The notes beneath the pieces were generated by a model that saw nothing but the letters and a program-made list of their open reading frames with translations, did not search any database and was not told where the DNA came from. From contig CAVYYZ010000008.1 of assembly GCA_963772835.1 (NCBI GenBank), positions 288,001 to 352,000 on the forward strand: DNA of 64,000 bases. The letters are read 5' to 3'. The position numbers were made by a program, and so were the translations under genes. Positions 47,946-57,131 of the stretch are shown in pieces. This DNA is from an uncultured delta proteobacterium (lineage in GTDB: Bacteria > Desulfobacterota > Desulfuromonadia > Geobacterales > Pseudopelobacteraceae). Positions within the stretch are counted from its first letter, which is position 1. Every line of letters begins with the position of its first letter.

Positions 47946-49619
47946 GTGTTTGGTAATCTTGCAGGCCTAAAAGCAAGCCAGATTCAGTCGCTGGAGCGCC
48001 TGTACCGCAGGCGCGTACCCGTTGCTGACTTCTGCTCCCATGAACTGGCTACCCGTCTCGTCGAACTCTCAATCGAACTCCGTCGTCAAATCGCCATCCT
48101 TGTCAACCGTGCAGGCAGCGTGGAATATGTCATTGTCGGCGATGAAAAAGGGGTGGTAATCCCTGAACTGCGCGATTATCCGCTCGGGAAAAAGGTCATG
48201 CGCGGCCTGCGTCTGATTCATACGCACCTGAAAAACGAGCCGGTCTCTGAAGACGATTTGACCGACCTTTCCCTGCTACGCTTTGACCTGCTCGCCGCCC
48301 TGCTGTACCCCCCCGGTAAAAACCAGATATATGCCCAGCTTGCCTGGCTTGCCCCTGACCAAAGAGGTGCAAGCACGGTGCTGGATCCGATTCTCCCCCT
48401 TGAACGAATAGACCTCGACTGCATTCACGTCATCCCTGAACTGGAAGCGGACCTGGAAAAAGCTGCCCGGACGGCACCGAAGGGAATAGATGCCCTTGAG
48501 AGAGCCATTCTGATCTCCGTCACGACTTCCGGGACCCGTCAGGAAGCGGAGGATTCGATGGATGAACTTCGTGAACTGGCACGCACCGCCCAGGTGGAGG
48601 CACTGGATGAATTCATCCAGCGTCCGAAGACTCTTAACCCCCGCACTCTAATGGGGGAGGGGATGATGCGGGATGTGGTCATCAGGGCGATGCAGCGTGG
48701 TGCCAGCATGCTGGTTTTCGACCAGGAACTTACTCCGGCCCAGATTCGCTGCATCTCTGCAATGACGGAACTGAAGGTTATTGATCGGAGTCAGCTGATA
48801 CTCGATATTTTTGCCCGGCGCGCGAAGACGCTCGATGGCAAGGTGCAGGTCGAACTGGCACAGCTCAAATATCTCCTGCCCCGTCTCTCCGGTCGAGGTG
48901 TGCAGATGTCACGTCTGATGGGAGGGATCGGAGGGCGCGGGCCGGGTGAAACCAAGCTGGAGACTGACCGTCGCCGTGTTCGTGACCGGATTACGAGCCT
49001 GGAACGCGAACTTAAAGAACTTTCCAAGGGGCGTGACCAGCGGCGAAAACAGCGGGTCAAAGCAGGGGTGCCGATCATATCAATCGTTGGCTATACCAAT
49101 GCCGGGAAATCAACTCTGTTGAACGCTCTGACAAAGAGTGACGTTTTTACGGAGGATCTGCTCTTTGCAACGCTTGATACGTCAACGCGCCGCCTCCGCT
49201 TCCCGCGTGAGCGCGAGGTGATCATCACCGACACGGTCGGTTTTATCCGTTCCCTGCCGAAATCTCTGCTGGGAGCTTTCAAGGCGACTTTGGAAGAAAT
49301 GCGTGACGCCGACCTTCTGCTGCATGTGGTGGATGCTTCTCATCCCCGTTTTGAGGATCAAATATCACAGGTACGAACTATTTTGGCGGAATTGGATTTG
49401 GGGGAAAAGCAGGAACTGCTGGTGTTTAACAAGTCTGATCTGCTGAATGATATGAAAAAGAAGGATCCGGTGTCATTTATAAAAGTGCGTCAATCAGCCA
49501 GGACCCAGAACAGCGTCACGGTGTCAGCCTGTGACCGGAAGAGCCTCAAGCCTTTGATGGACGAACTGCAGAAACGGTTCTGGCCGGAAGATGAAGAAGT
49601 TACTCAAACTGCGCCTTAA
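47946..49619 (+). CDS. hflX: Ribosome-splitting GTPase HflX (long N-terminal form)
   Basis: LILDIFARRA, GRGPGETKLE, VGYTNAGKS, LFATLD, DTVG, NKSD. Confidence 0.95.
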   Translation: MFGNLAGLKASQIQSLERLYRRRVPVADFCSHELATRLVELSIELRRQIAILVNRAGSVEYVIVGDEKGVVIPELRDYPLGKKVMRGLRLIHTHLKNEPVSEDDLTDLSLLRFDLLAALLYPPGKNQIYAQLAWLAPDQRGASTVLDPILPLERIDLDCIHVIPELEADLEKAARTAPKGIDALERAILISVTTSGTRQEAEDSMDELRELARTAQVEALDEFIQRPKTLNPRTLMGEGMMRDVVIRAMQRGASMLVFDQELTPAQIRCISAMTELKVIDRSQLILDIFARRAKTLDGKVQVELAQLKYLLPRLSGRGVQMSRLMGGIGGRGPGETKLETDRRRVRDRITSLERELKELSKGRDQRRKQRVKAGVPIISIVGYTNAGKSTLLNALTKSDVFTEDLLFATLDTSTRRLRFPREREVIITDTVGFIRSLPKSLLGAFKATLEEMRDADLLLHVVDASHPRFEDQISQVRTILAELDLGEKQELLVFNKSDLLNDMKKKDPVSFIKVRQSARTQNSVTVSACDRKSLKPLMDELQKRFWPEDEEVTQTAP

Positions 49620-50253
49620 AATCCACCATCTGCTGCTGTAAAGCGGCTACTTCACATCGCAGGAGGGCAACCTCCGCCTCAAGTTTCGTAATCCGTTCAT
49701 TCTCTGCTTCAACCCGTTGTCTGGCGGCCTCGGGTCTTGCTTCAGAGATCTCCTCTCCAATCTCCGGCATCCCGGAAAACAGATGGCTGTAGCGTCCTTC
49801 TTTTCTTCCCGGCTGCCGTGCCATCAGAGTTATCAGCGGGTTTTCCCGCACCATTAATTCCTGCAGCACCTCTTCAACAGCTGCCAGATCAGCAAACGGA
49901 TGCATTCGCTCACCACGGGTACGCAACTCTCCAACGGTTTGAGGCCCTCGCACCAGTAGTTCACAGATAACTGCCTGCTCAGACGGCATGAGTCCGAACT
50001 TTTCAGCCAGCAGATGGCGATATTTCGGGACGCGTCCGCCATCTGCTGAAAGTACCACCAGCTGTTTGAACCGGAGCGAATCCAGGGCCCGCACGACGTC
50101 CTCTTCTGCAAGTGCCATGACAGGATCGCGATTGGACTTCTGGTTGCAGGCGTTGGTGAGAGAATTGAGTGACAGAGGATAATACTCCGGCGTAGTCAGA
50201 TCCTTTTCTATCAGGCTTCCCAGAACACGTGCCTCATTATCGTTAAGGGTCAT
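49600..50253 (-). CDS. YceH/DUF480 family protein
   Basis: EARVLGSLIEK..TTPEYYPLSLN..ACNQKSNRDP, RGPQTVGELR. Confidence 0.88.
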   Translation of the reverse strand: MTLNDNEARVLGSLIEKDLTTPEYYPLSLNSLTNACNQKSNRDPVMALAEEDVVRALDSLRFKQLVVLSADGGRVPKYRHLLAEKFGLMPSEQAVICELLVRGPQTVGELRTRGERMHPFADLAAVEEVLQELMVRENPLITLMARQPGRKEGRYSHLFSGMPEIGEEISEARPEAARQRVEAENERITKLEAEVALLRCEVAALQQQMVDFKAQFE

Positions 50254-50279
50254 ATCCACTTTGTCACTCCTGCTGTTAC

Positions 50280-50582
50280 TCAATGAAATGTCGGCATCTT
50301 TTCCTGGAAAAGTACATATGGGCTGACAACCAGCATGGCAAACTTTTTATGAATGTCCTCTTCCCATAAACGGATTTTTGAGTCAGATGGTTTGCCGATC
50401 ATGCCATTTTCAACCAGCTGCTGGATAATCTCTACGTCATCAACGGCAACTTTATGGGCCGTATCGGCCAGATCAAGAGCATCATCAACGAGTATCAGGC
50501 CGCCGCGCTGCATGTGGGCGCGCAGACAGCTCCACTCGGCTTCATCAATTGTAAGCGCCATTTCTTCTTTGCTTGGTATCAT
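50280..50582 (-). CDS. DUF2288-like protein
   Basis: AEWSCLRAH..RGGLILV..LDL, VVSPYVL.QE. Confidence 0.7.
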   Translation of the reverse strand: MIPSKEEMALTIDEAEWSCLRAHMQRGGLILVDDALDLADTAHKVAVDDVEIIQQLVENGMIGKPSDSKIRLWEEDIHKKFAMLVVSPYVLFQEKMPTFH

Positions 50583-50654
50583 CTGAAACTCCCTGTTTAT
50601 ATAAAACAGCTGTAGTTTATAGCATTTCCGCCGCATCCGGTATGATAATTTTTA

Positions 50655-51656
50655 TCACGCGACGCACACAAAGTCCACGCCTTCCTGCCAGCCATGCAAT
50701 TCAGCTACACCCCTAAACTGCTCCCGGGCGCCGCGTACACCGATGGCTACGATCATTTTTCTGCCGTTGAGTTTAAGCGCATCCGGTGAAATTACCGGCG
50801 CATTGTGCAGAATGCGCCCTATCTTTTTCGGGTCAACATCCAGCCAGGTGGAAACCGTCACATCTGCAGCAGTCAGCAATCGCTGCCAGGCACGTGCTTC
50901 CTGCCCGGCGCCGGCGATAACAACGTCATGGGTGCCACGTAGAAAACCCTGCATCAGATGATGGCATTTGCATGCACGGAATGCGCGTGAAGCATATTCG
51001 CCCATGGTGCGGGTGGCACGTTCGGGGTGATCGCGCCAGAACAGGAGTGTGTCCGGCAGGCGGGCAAACGTTACTCCGGTCGACGCCATGCGCAGCCAGA
51101 GATCATAGTCCTCCGGCCAGCAGTTATGATGGTATCCGCCCAGCTTTTCAACGATAGCTCTGCGCGTCATGATGGATGGATGGACAAAGGGAGATTCTAC
51201 ATACAGATCCCGGATAATCAGAGCATGTTCCGACAGTCCGTTCTGCCATGTCTCATAGTCAATCATTCCCTGTTTGAGGCCGGTTCGCGGGAAATGTCTG
51301 AAGCCGCTGGCTACAAGACCCGTTTCCGGGTGCGTCTCCAGCCAGGCAGTCTGCAGCTCCAGTCGACGGGGATGGCAGATATCGTCTCCATCCATCCGGG
51401 CCAGAAGAGGTGCCTTGCAGATTTCCAGGCCGGTATTGAGTGCCGCCACGAGTCCGTGACCTGTATTCATGATTACCTGAACACGGCGGTCTCCACGGGC
51501 GGCCGCAGTGAGAATTGACACCGTCCGGTCGTTTGAACCGTCGTCAACAGCAATTAACTCCCAGCGGTCATAGGACTGGCGATACAGGGAATCCAGCGCA
51601 GCCTGAAGGTGGCGTTCTTCATTGCGTATCGGCATGAGGATCGAAATATTCGGCAT
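50655..51656 (-). CDS. Glycosyltransferase family 2
   Basis: ISILMP, VDDGS.D, ARMDGDD, EDYDLWLR. Confidence 0.88.
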   Translation of the reverse strand: MPNISILMPIRNEERHLQAALDSLYRQSYDRWELIAVDDGSNDRTVSILTAAARGDRRVQVIMNTGHGLVAALNTGLEICKAPLLARMDGDDICHPRRLELQTAWLETHPETGLVASGFRHFPRTGLKQGMIDYETWQNGLSEHALIIRDLYVESPFVHPSIMTRRAIVEKLGGYHHNCWPEDYDLWLRMASTGVTFARLPDTLLFWRDHPERATRTMGEYASRAFRACKCHHLMQGFLRGTHDVVIAGAGQEARAWQRLLTAADVTVSTWLDVDPKKIGRILHNAPVISPDALKLNGRKMIVAIGVRGAREQFRGVAELHGWQEGVDFVCVA

Positions 51657-51736
51657 TGTTGTATGAAGATCGACTTTCGGGAGTGATGCGTTACGCGGTG
51701 ATCAACGATAAATAAAGAATGAAATACGGGAATATG

Positions 51737-51952
51737 TCAGGGTGCCAGTGACTGCAGCCGCAATGAAACCGGGCGGCGACGTTCGAATCCGTAATACGGC
51801 CGTATGGCTGATCGTATGGGGTCTCGCCCAACCATGACCCATCCGGTAGATCGTTCAAAAGCGTGTACCTCACCGGAAACGAGCATGTGGTCAAGGACAT
51901 GGGGAGGGACGGAGTCAGGTTCCTTACAGGCAGTAATAATCGGGATCAGCAT
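51737..51952 (-). CDS. Small protein resembling the Geobacter GSU3473 family
   Basis: MLIP...LD.ML..GEV.AFERSTGWV.VGRDPIR...YG.ERR pattern (family from recall); AGGAG RBS. Confidence 0.6.
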   Translation of the reverse strand: MLIPIITACKEPDSVPPHVLDHMLVSGEVHAFERSTGWVMVGRDPIRSAIRPYYGFERRRPVSLRLQSLAP

Positions 51953-51961
51953 AGCATTCTC

Positions 51962-52747
51962 CTAATAAAAAAGTTTCTTTGGTAAACTCCGCTGGATCGT
52001 CTGAAGATACACTTCGGAGTCATTAATCAGTTCCCGTGCAGGATGTGCCATCATAAGATCATCAGTCCGATAGGGGACCACAGAGGCCCATAAACCATCA
52101 CTGCTGGTGTTGCAGGCGCCTTTCCATGGATCAACCGGGCGGTACATGGTCCCTTCGGCTTTGTAGACACCAAAATGAAGATGCGGAATCTGAGAATTCC
52201 CGGAGCTGGCAACATCGCCGAGGCTCTGTCCGCGTATAACCTTCTGTCCGGGAACAACGGTCAGAGAGCCTTTGCGGAGATGGGCATAGAGAGACAGGTA
52301 CCGGGTATTGTCAAGAATATGTTCAACAACCACAAAGTTTCCTGCATTAAAACCCAGTGTAGCCCCCTTGTCCGTGCCAGACTGAAGCTCGCTTTTTTCC
52401 CGTTCGTCGCAGTCGCGCTCAGTATCACTCGGACAATGGTCAAACCGGCCGTCCTTTATCCAGCGCACCACGCCGTCTGCAGCAGCAAGAGCGTGTACAC
52501 CCTGTTCGATTGAAGAAACAACTATGTCGGTTCCCTGATGGCCGATATATCCGGGTTTACTGCACGAGAAAGAGAGCCCGGTGCCGCCCACATCCGGATA
52601 GCCGATACGGAAGTGCGAACCTGCACAATCTACCCCCGGGACACAGGAAATCGGCCAGCTGAAGCCATGCTCTTCAGCAGCCCCGGCAGGGAAACAGCTG
52701 AGAAGGGTGTAGAGAAACAGTATTGAAATTATTTTTATACAAAACAT
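51962..52747 (-). CDS. Secreted M23 family metallopeptidase
   Basis: Signal peptide, HxxxD (HQGTD), YAHL, HxH (PHLHF). Confidence 0.85.
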   Translation of the reverse strand: MFCIKIISILFLYTLLSCFPAGAAEEHGFSWPISCVPGVDCAGSHFRIGYPDVGGTGLSFSCSKPGYIGHQGTDIVVSSIEQGVHALAAADGVVRWIKDGRFDHCPSDTERDCDEREKSELQSGTDKGATLGFNAGNFVVVEHILDNTRYLSLYAHLRKGSLTVVPGQKVIRGQSLGDVASSGNSQIPHLHFGVYKAEGTMYRPVDPWKGACNTSSDGLWASVVPYRTDDLMMAHPARELINDSEVYLQTIQRSLPKKLFY

Positions 52748-53069
52748 AGCGGGACGCAATTCACCTGACACAAATTTTGTAAATCAGTACAATAAAATTA
52801 AGCCTAAAGGCTAGCTGCGATGGTCTTTAACTCAAAATAACGGGAATACGGCTGATCAACCTTCACGCGTGTTGATCGGAGACCACCCGTGATATAATTG
52901 CGTAAATAGAGGGTTGTGACAGAGTGACAGTCATACGTAGCGCCTCTGCTGCATGTAGATGCTGGAGCAAAGCAAGTTTTGTGCCGATAGAAATAGCGGG
53001 GCGTGCCGTAATTTATACTTGACGATTGCGCGTGATATGGAGAGGATAAAACAATAATTCAGTGAGGAC

Positions 53070-53741
53070 ATGATCTGCATGAGTGGAGCAGCAAACCTTA
53101 GCCATTGGACGTTTGACCGCATTGCAGAGAACCTGGCACACCGGGAGAGCGGGCCTGTCGTTCATTCCGGCGACCGAACCCGCGCATCAGTCGCCATGAT
53201 ACTGAATCAGGGCGCGAATGACATTGAGATTCTCTTTATCCAGCGTGCCGCACATGATCTGGACCCCTGGTCAGGTCATATTGCCTTTCCGGGAGGCAAA
53301 TTGGAAGAGGGTGAGCTTGAGTGCCAGGCGGCCTGTCGGGAAACCCGTGAAGAAGTCGGGATTGACCTCGGGCAGGGGCGATATCTGGGGAGGTTGTCCG
53401 ATATCATCGGAACAAATCTACCGGTAAGAGTTTCGTGTTGTCTCTACGGTCTGGATCGGCGGCACTCCAATCCGGTCCTGAACGAGGAGGTTTGTGATCT
53501 TTTCTGGGTTTCTTTGTCCGACCTGTGCAATCCTGACAGTCATATACAAAGCTGTGTTGCGTTTGATGACAAACGCTTCAATGTACCGGCTATACGCCTT
53601 CCCATTGAAAACAAGCCGGTACTCTGGGGGATCACCTACCGCCTGGTGACACAATTCATGAATATTATCGAAGCGAAAAGCCGCGGTGAAGAAGGGTACC
53701 GCAGGTTGCCGGAAGTAGTTGAAATCAACGAGGAGGAATAA
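53070..53741 (+). CDS. Nudix hydrolase, CoA pyrophosphatase type
   Basis: SGHIAFPGG..AACRETREEVG Nudix box, LWGITY. Confidence 0.88.
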   Translation: MICMSGAANLSHWTFDRIAENLAHRESGPVVHSGDRTRASVAMILNQGANDIEILFIQRAAHDLDPWSGHIAFPGGKLEEGELECQAACRETREEVGIDLGQGRYLGRLSDIIGTNLPVRVSCCLYGLDRRHSNPVLNEEVCDLFWVSLSDLCNPDSHIQSCVAFDDKRFNVPAIRLPIENKPVLWGITYRLVTQFMNIIEAKSRGEEGYRRLPEVVEINEEE

Positions 53742-53743
53742 TT

Positions 53744-54259
53744 ATGAATGAGAAAACAGGAATTATCACGTTCAAAGGTAACCCGATGACCCTGCTTGGG
53801 CCGGAGCTCAAGGCAGGGGACGCCGCACCGGATTTTGCCGTTGTCGACAATGGCTTGTCCGGAGTATCTCTCTCCGTGTATGCCGGAAAAATCAAGATCA
53901 TAAGTTCTGTACCTTCGCTTGATACTCCGGTGTGCGACACCGAGACACGCCGCTTCAATCAGGAGGCCGCAGCATTGCCGGGAGATATCGTCGTGCTGAC
54001 CGTCAGCCTCGACCTCCCCTTTGCTCAAAAAAGGTGGTGTGGCGCAGGCGGCATTGATAAGGTCGTCACCCTTTCCGACTATCGCGATCGCTCCTTCGGG
54101 CTCGGTTACGGTGTGCTGATCAAGGAATTGATGCTGCTGACCCGTGCGGTTTTCGTTGTTGATACCACCAACGTTATCCGCTACATCCAGATCGTTCCGG
54201 AAGTAACCGGCGAACCGGATTATGAAGCGGCGATTGCAGCCGCCAAAGCATTGCTGTAG
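53744..54259 (+). CDS. tpx: Thiol peroxidase Tpx
   Basis: VPSLDTPVC, SLDLPFAQKRWC, EPDYE. Confidence 0.94.
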   Translation: MNEKTGIITFKGNPMTLLGPELKAGDAAPDFAVVDNGLSGVSLSVYAGKIKIISSVPSLDTPVCDTETRRFNQEAAALPGDIVVLTVSLDLPFAQKRWCGAGGIDKVVTLSDYRDRSFGLGYGVLIKELMLLTRAVFVVDTTNVIRYIQIVPEVTGEPDYEAAIAAAKALL

Positions 54260-54273
54260 AGTTGCCCCCGAAC

Positions 54274-54297
54274 CGGGCGCTCCATGCGGAGCGCCCG
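54274..54297. terminator. Hairpin between the convergent tpx and flavoprotein genes
   Basis: cgggcgctcc-atgc-ggagcgcccg. Confidence 0.6.
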
Positions 54298-54310
54298 ATA
54301 TTCAGTGTAA

Positions 54311-54886
54311 TTAACCGGCTATTCTCTTCAGCAGCCATGCCATGTTTTCCCCCAGTACTTCCATAGTGCGCATTCCTTCTTCGTCATCAAGCACATCGCC
54401 GATATTCCGGCCGACGCCAATATTCCAGTAGTTTGAAGCGGGGATAATCATCTGGCTTATGCCGAAAAAATGATTGATGGTATCGAATACGTTGATGGCA
54501 CCGGCCCGGCGTGCTGCCACCACGGCGGCCCCTGCCTTGCGCTTGAGCATATCATCATTTGCACGTGATACCATGCCGCACCGGTCTATAAGAGCTTTGG
54601 TCTCGGGAGTCAGTGATGCGAAGTACGTAGGAGAACCTATAATGATGCCGTCGGATTCAATCATCTTTTCAATACAGCTATTGGCGATATCATCGGTGAC
54701 GGCACAGCGACTGTCCTTCCGGGAGAAACACTGATAACAGGCAATACAGCCGTGCAGCTTTTCGCCCCCGACCTGAATCAGTTCCGTTGTTATTCCTTCC
54801 TTATCGAGCGCGCCGAGGGCGTGTCCGATAAGCAGTGAAGTGTTTCCCCCTTTGCGTGGACTGCCGTTAAATGCAACTACCTTCAT
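54311..54886 (-). CDS. Iron-sulfur flavoprotein (flavodoxin-like, Isf family)
   Basis: NGSPRKGGNT, CIACYQC-x7-C, GSPTYF, KALIDR. Confidence 0.88.
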   Translation of the reverse strand: MKVVAFNGSPRKGGNTSLLIGHALGALDKEGITTELIQVGGEKLHGCIACYQCFSRKDSRCAVTDDIANSCIEKMIESDGIIIGSPTYFASLTPETKALIDRCGMVSRANDDMLKRKAGAAVVAARRAGAINVFDTINHFFGISQMIIPASNYWNIGVGRNIGDVLDDEEGMRTMEVLGENMAWLLKRIAG

Positions 54887-55079
54887 GGTGGACCTCCAGA
54901 TCTGTTAATGGTCGTGATGTAGCATTTTGCTGCATATCAGACAATAGTAATTACGGCTCAGCTGAATGATTGTGTATTGCTGCTTTGAGACGGGATTGAT
55001 AATTCCCTGCGTCTGCGTTACACTGCGATGGGCGTACTGCAGGTAACAGTTAGATTCTCATCATACGAAAACAGAGGAG

Positions 55080-55652
55080 ATGGACATGTCGATTAAAGGC
55101 AGGTTTTTTCTGGAACGGGACAAAGCGGTACTGGTCGTGATCGATGTGCAGGAAAAACTGTGCGTTGCTATGGATGAAAAAGTGCTTCATACGCTGACCA
55201 GACATATCGGTATACTTCTGGAAAGTGCTGCGGAGTTGAACATCCCGGTTCTGGTGACCGAACAGTATGTGAAGGGCCTGGGCCCGACCCTGCCGGAATT
55301 GAAGGGAAAGGCGGCACTGGCTCCCTGTTATGAGAAGATGGCATTCAGCTGCTGCGGCAGCGCGGAGTTTGTCGCAGCACTCACGTCAACCGGCAGAACC
55401 CAGGTTATCGTGGTTGGAATGGAAGCTCATGTCTGTGTGCTGCAGACCGTTATCGATCTGCGTGAAGCCGGTATGAACGTCCATATAGTGACGGATGCTG
55501 TCATGAGCCGCAACAAGCAGAACTGGCGCACCGCCATTCAGGCAATGACCCTTGCCGGAGCAATCCCGACCAGCACGGAATCGGTGCTGTTTCAATTATT
55601 GAAGGTAGCCGGGACGGATGAATTCAAAAAGCTGTCGAAGCTGGTGAGATAG
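55080..55652 (+). CDS. Isochorismatase family hydrolase
   Basis: VIDVQEKL, TEQY..GLG.T, KMAFSC, GMEAHVCVLQT. Confidence 0.88.
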   Translation: MDMSIKGRFFLERDKAVLVVIDVQEKLCVAMDEKVLHTLTRHIGILLESAAELNIPVLVTEQYVKGLGPTLPELKGKAALAPCYEKMAFSCCGSAEFVAALTSTGRTQVIVVGMEAHVCVLQTVIDLREAGMNVHIVTDAVMSRNKQNWRTAIQAMTLAGAIPTSTESVLFQLLKVAGTDEFKKLSKLVR

Positions 55653-55663
55653 CGGCACGCCTG

Positions 55664-56302
55664 TCAGACGGCAAAAACGTGCTGAACGATCTCGGCATGG
55701 TGTGTGATACGGGCAAGCCCGGGCAGGTGTGACTTATAAGAAATGAAAGGGATCCCGGCGCTTTTGGCAGCCTGCATATCCACCTCGCCGTCGCCAATAA
55801 AAAGAGCCTCATCCGGCGCCGCCTCAAAATAGTCAAGCACCTTAAGGAGCGGTTCCGGGTGGGGCTTCGGGTGAGTAACCTGCGACGCCGTCATGACGTA
55901 TTCGAAATAGCCGGTCAAGCCGAAATCCTCGATTATCATATCCATCGAAGTCGCCCTGTTAGTGCAGATTGCCAGCGATGTGTGCCCCTTAAGTTGATCA
56001 AGGGCGTTGATAAAGCCATCCTCCATCCGCATGTACGGCATCAAATCGCGATAGTGGATAGTCTTGGCAAACCTGAGGGCATTTTCCCGCTGCGGATCAC
56101 CGGCAAAAAAATATTCCATCACATTATTGAACGAATACGTATGAAGAACCCTTTCGGCATCTTCGTTACTCCGGTCAATATCCGGCCTGCCAAGAAATCC
56201 CATGACACGATTATAAAAAATGTAGTTGGATTCAATTGAGTCAAGAATCACGCCATCACAGTCATAAATGACCACTTTATAGCGACTTTTTAGTTTATTC
56301 AC
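55664..56302 (-). CDS. HAD family phosphatase
   Basis: YDCDGV, CTN, KPHPEP, IGDGEVD. Confidence 0.88.
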   Translation of the reverse strand: MNKLKSRYKVVIYDCDGVILDSIESNYIFYNRVMGFLGRPDIDRSNEDAERVLHTYSFNNVMEYFFAGDPQRENALRFAKTIHYRDLMPYMRMEDGFINALDQLKGHTSLAICTNRATSMDMIIEDFGLTGYFEYVMTASQVTHPKPHPEPLLKVLDYFEAAPDEALFIGDGEVDMQAAKSAGIPFISYKSHLPGLARITHHAEIVQHVFAV

Positions 56303-56612
56303 CTGTAGACTCCGATGTCTGACCTGCTTGTCTGTCTAAAAATTCGTCCCACTCAATCGGGAGCAGATATTTCTTGCGGCTGTTGCACTCCTTGCAGGCC
56401 GGCACCACATTGTTGCGGGACGCTTTCCCGCCTCTCGAAACAGGAACCAGATGATCCATAGTCAACTCCTCCGGGGGAAAGTTCCCCCCGCAATAGTGGC
56501 AATGTCCCAGAGCAAGGCGATTTTGCCACCAGCGACTCTTGCGAAGCTCTCTGGATTTCTCCCGCTCTCTCTTTACTTCTGCTTCGCTGATTTCCTGAAT
56601 AAAGTGGTCCAT
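56295..56612 (-). CDS. Stand-alone HNH endonuclease (Zn-binding)
   Basis: CHYC..TMDHLVPVSRGG..NVVPACKECNSRK. Confidence 0.88.
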   Translation of the reverse strand: MDHFIQEISEAEVKREREKSRELRKSRWWQNRLALGHCHYCGGNFPPEELTMDHLVPVSRGGKASRNNVVPACKECNSRKKYLLPIEWDEFLDRQAGQTSESTGE

Positions 56613-56777
56613 AAACCATGGCCTTTCTCGAAATCGATGTATCATTACGCAGAGAGAATATCTGAAAACAGCAGAATATGGTAGTGATAACCGTGCTCAG
56701 ACTTTGGATGTCTCCGCTGCGATCAAAAAAATGGTTGATATATTCCGCCCGGTAGGTTATAAAGCCAGTTCTTAAAT

Positions 56778-56854
56778 GCGCTTGTAGCTCAGCTGGATAG
56801 AGCAACGGACTACGAATCCGTAGGTCGGGCGTTCGAATCGCTCCAGGCGCACCA
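56778..56854 (+). tRNA. tRNA-Arg (anticodon ACG)
   Basis: 77 nt; GCGCTTG/CAGGCGC acceptor stem, acgga-ctACGaa-tccgt anticodon arm, GTTCGAATC, CCA end. Confidence 0.96.
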
Positions 56855-56861
56855 TAAATTC

Positions 56862-56894
56862 AGGCACTTACGTTAATTCGTGAGTGCCTTTTTT
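56862..56894 (+). terminator. Terminator after tRNA-Arg
   Basis: aggcacttacg...cgtgagtgcct followed by a T run. Confidence 0.7.
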
Positions 56895-57020
56895 GTTGGC
56901 GATGCCTGTATTCATCCTTTATTCATACTTTTGCTGTTCGCTACCCCACCATATCGTTCGTTAAACATAACAGCCGCCCCTGAAACTATCAAGAGCGGTC
57001 TGTCCTTGTCTGGACTACAG

Positions 57021-57131
57021 TATCTGCATTGGAAAATATCACAAAGAAATGAGATCATACCAATCAAAGGCTGGAAATCTGCCCTGAATCAATTCAGCAT
57101 TATATTTGGCGGAAGGATGCCACATTATTAA
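57021..57131 (+). pseudogene. IS256-family transposase C-terminal remnant (frameshifted)
   Basis: With two frame corrections it reads YL-LENITKK*-IPIKGWKSALNQFSIIFGGRMP, resembling the IS256 tail YLALxNIxKKWTMPIxxWKxALNxF. Confidence 0.65.

Noticed and set aside
52780..53060. Structured RNA or small ORF between the M23 peptidase and Nudix genes
   Set aside because: Only a short hairpin (gatcaac...gttgatc) is present, with no recognisable family; the 63-aa ORF lacks support
56353..56805. 150-aa minus-strand ORF starting MLYPAEL
   Set aside because: Begins antisense within tRNA-Arg and overlaps the HNH gene out of frame
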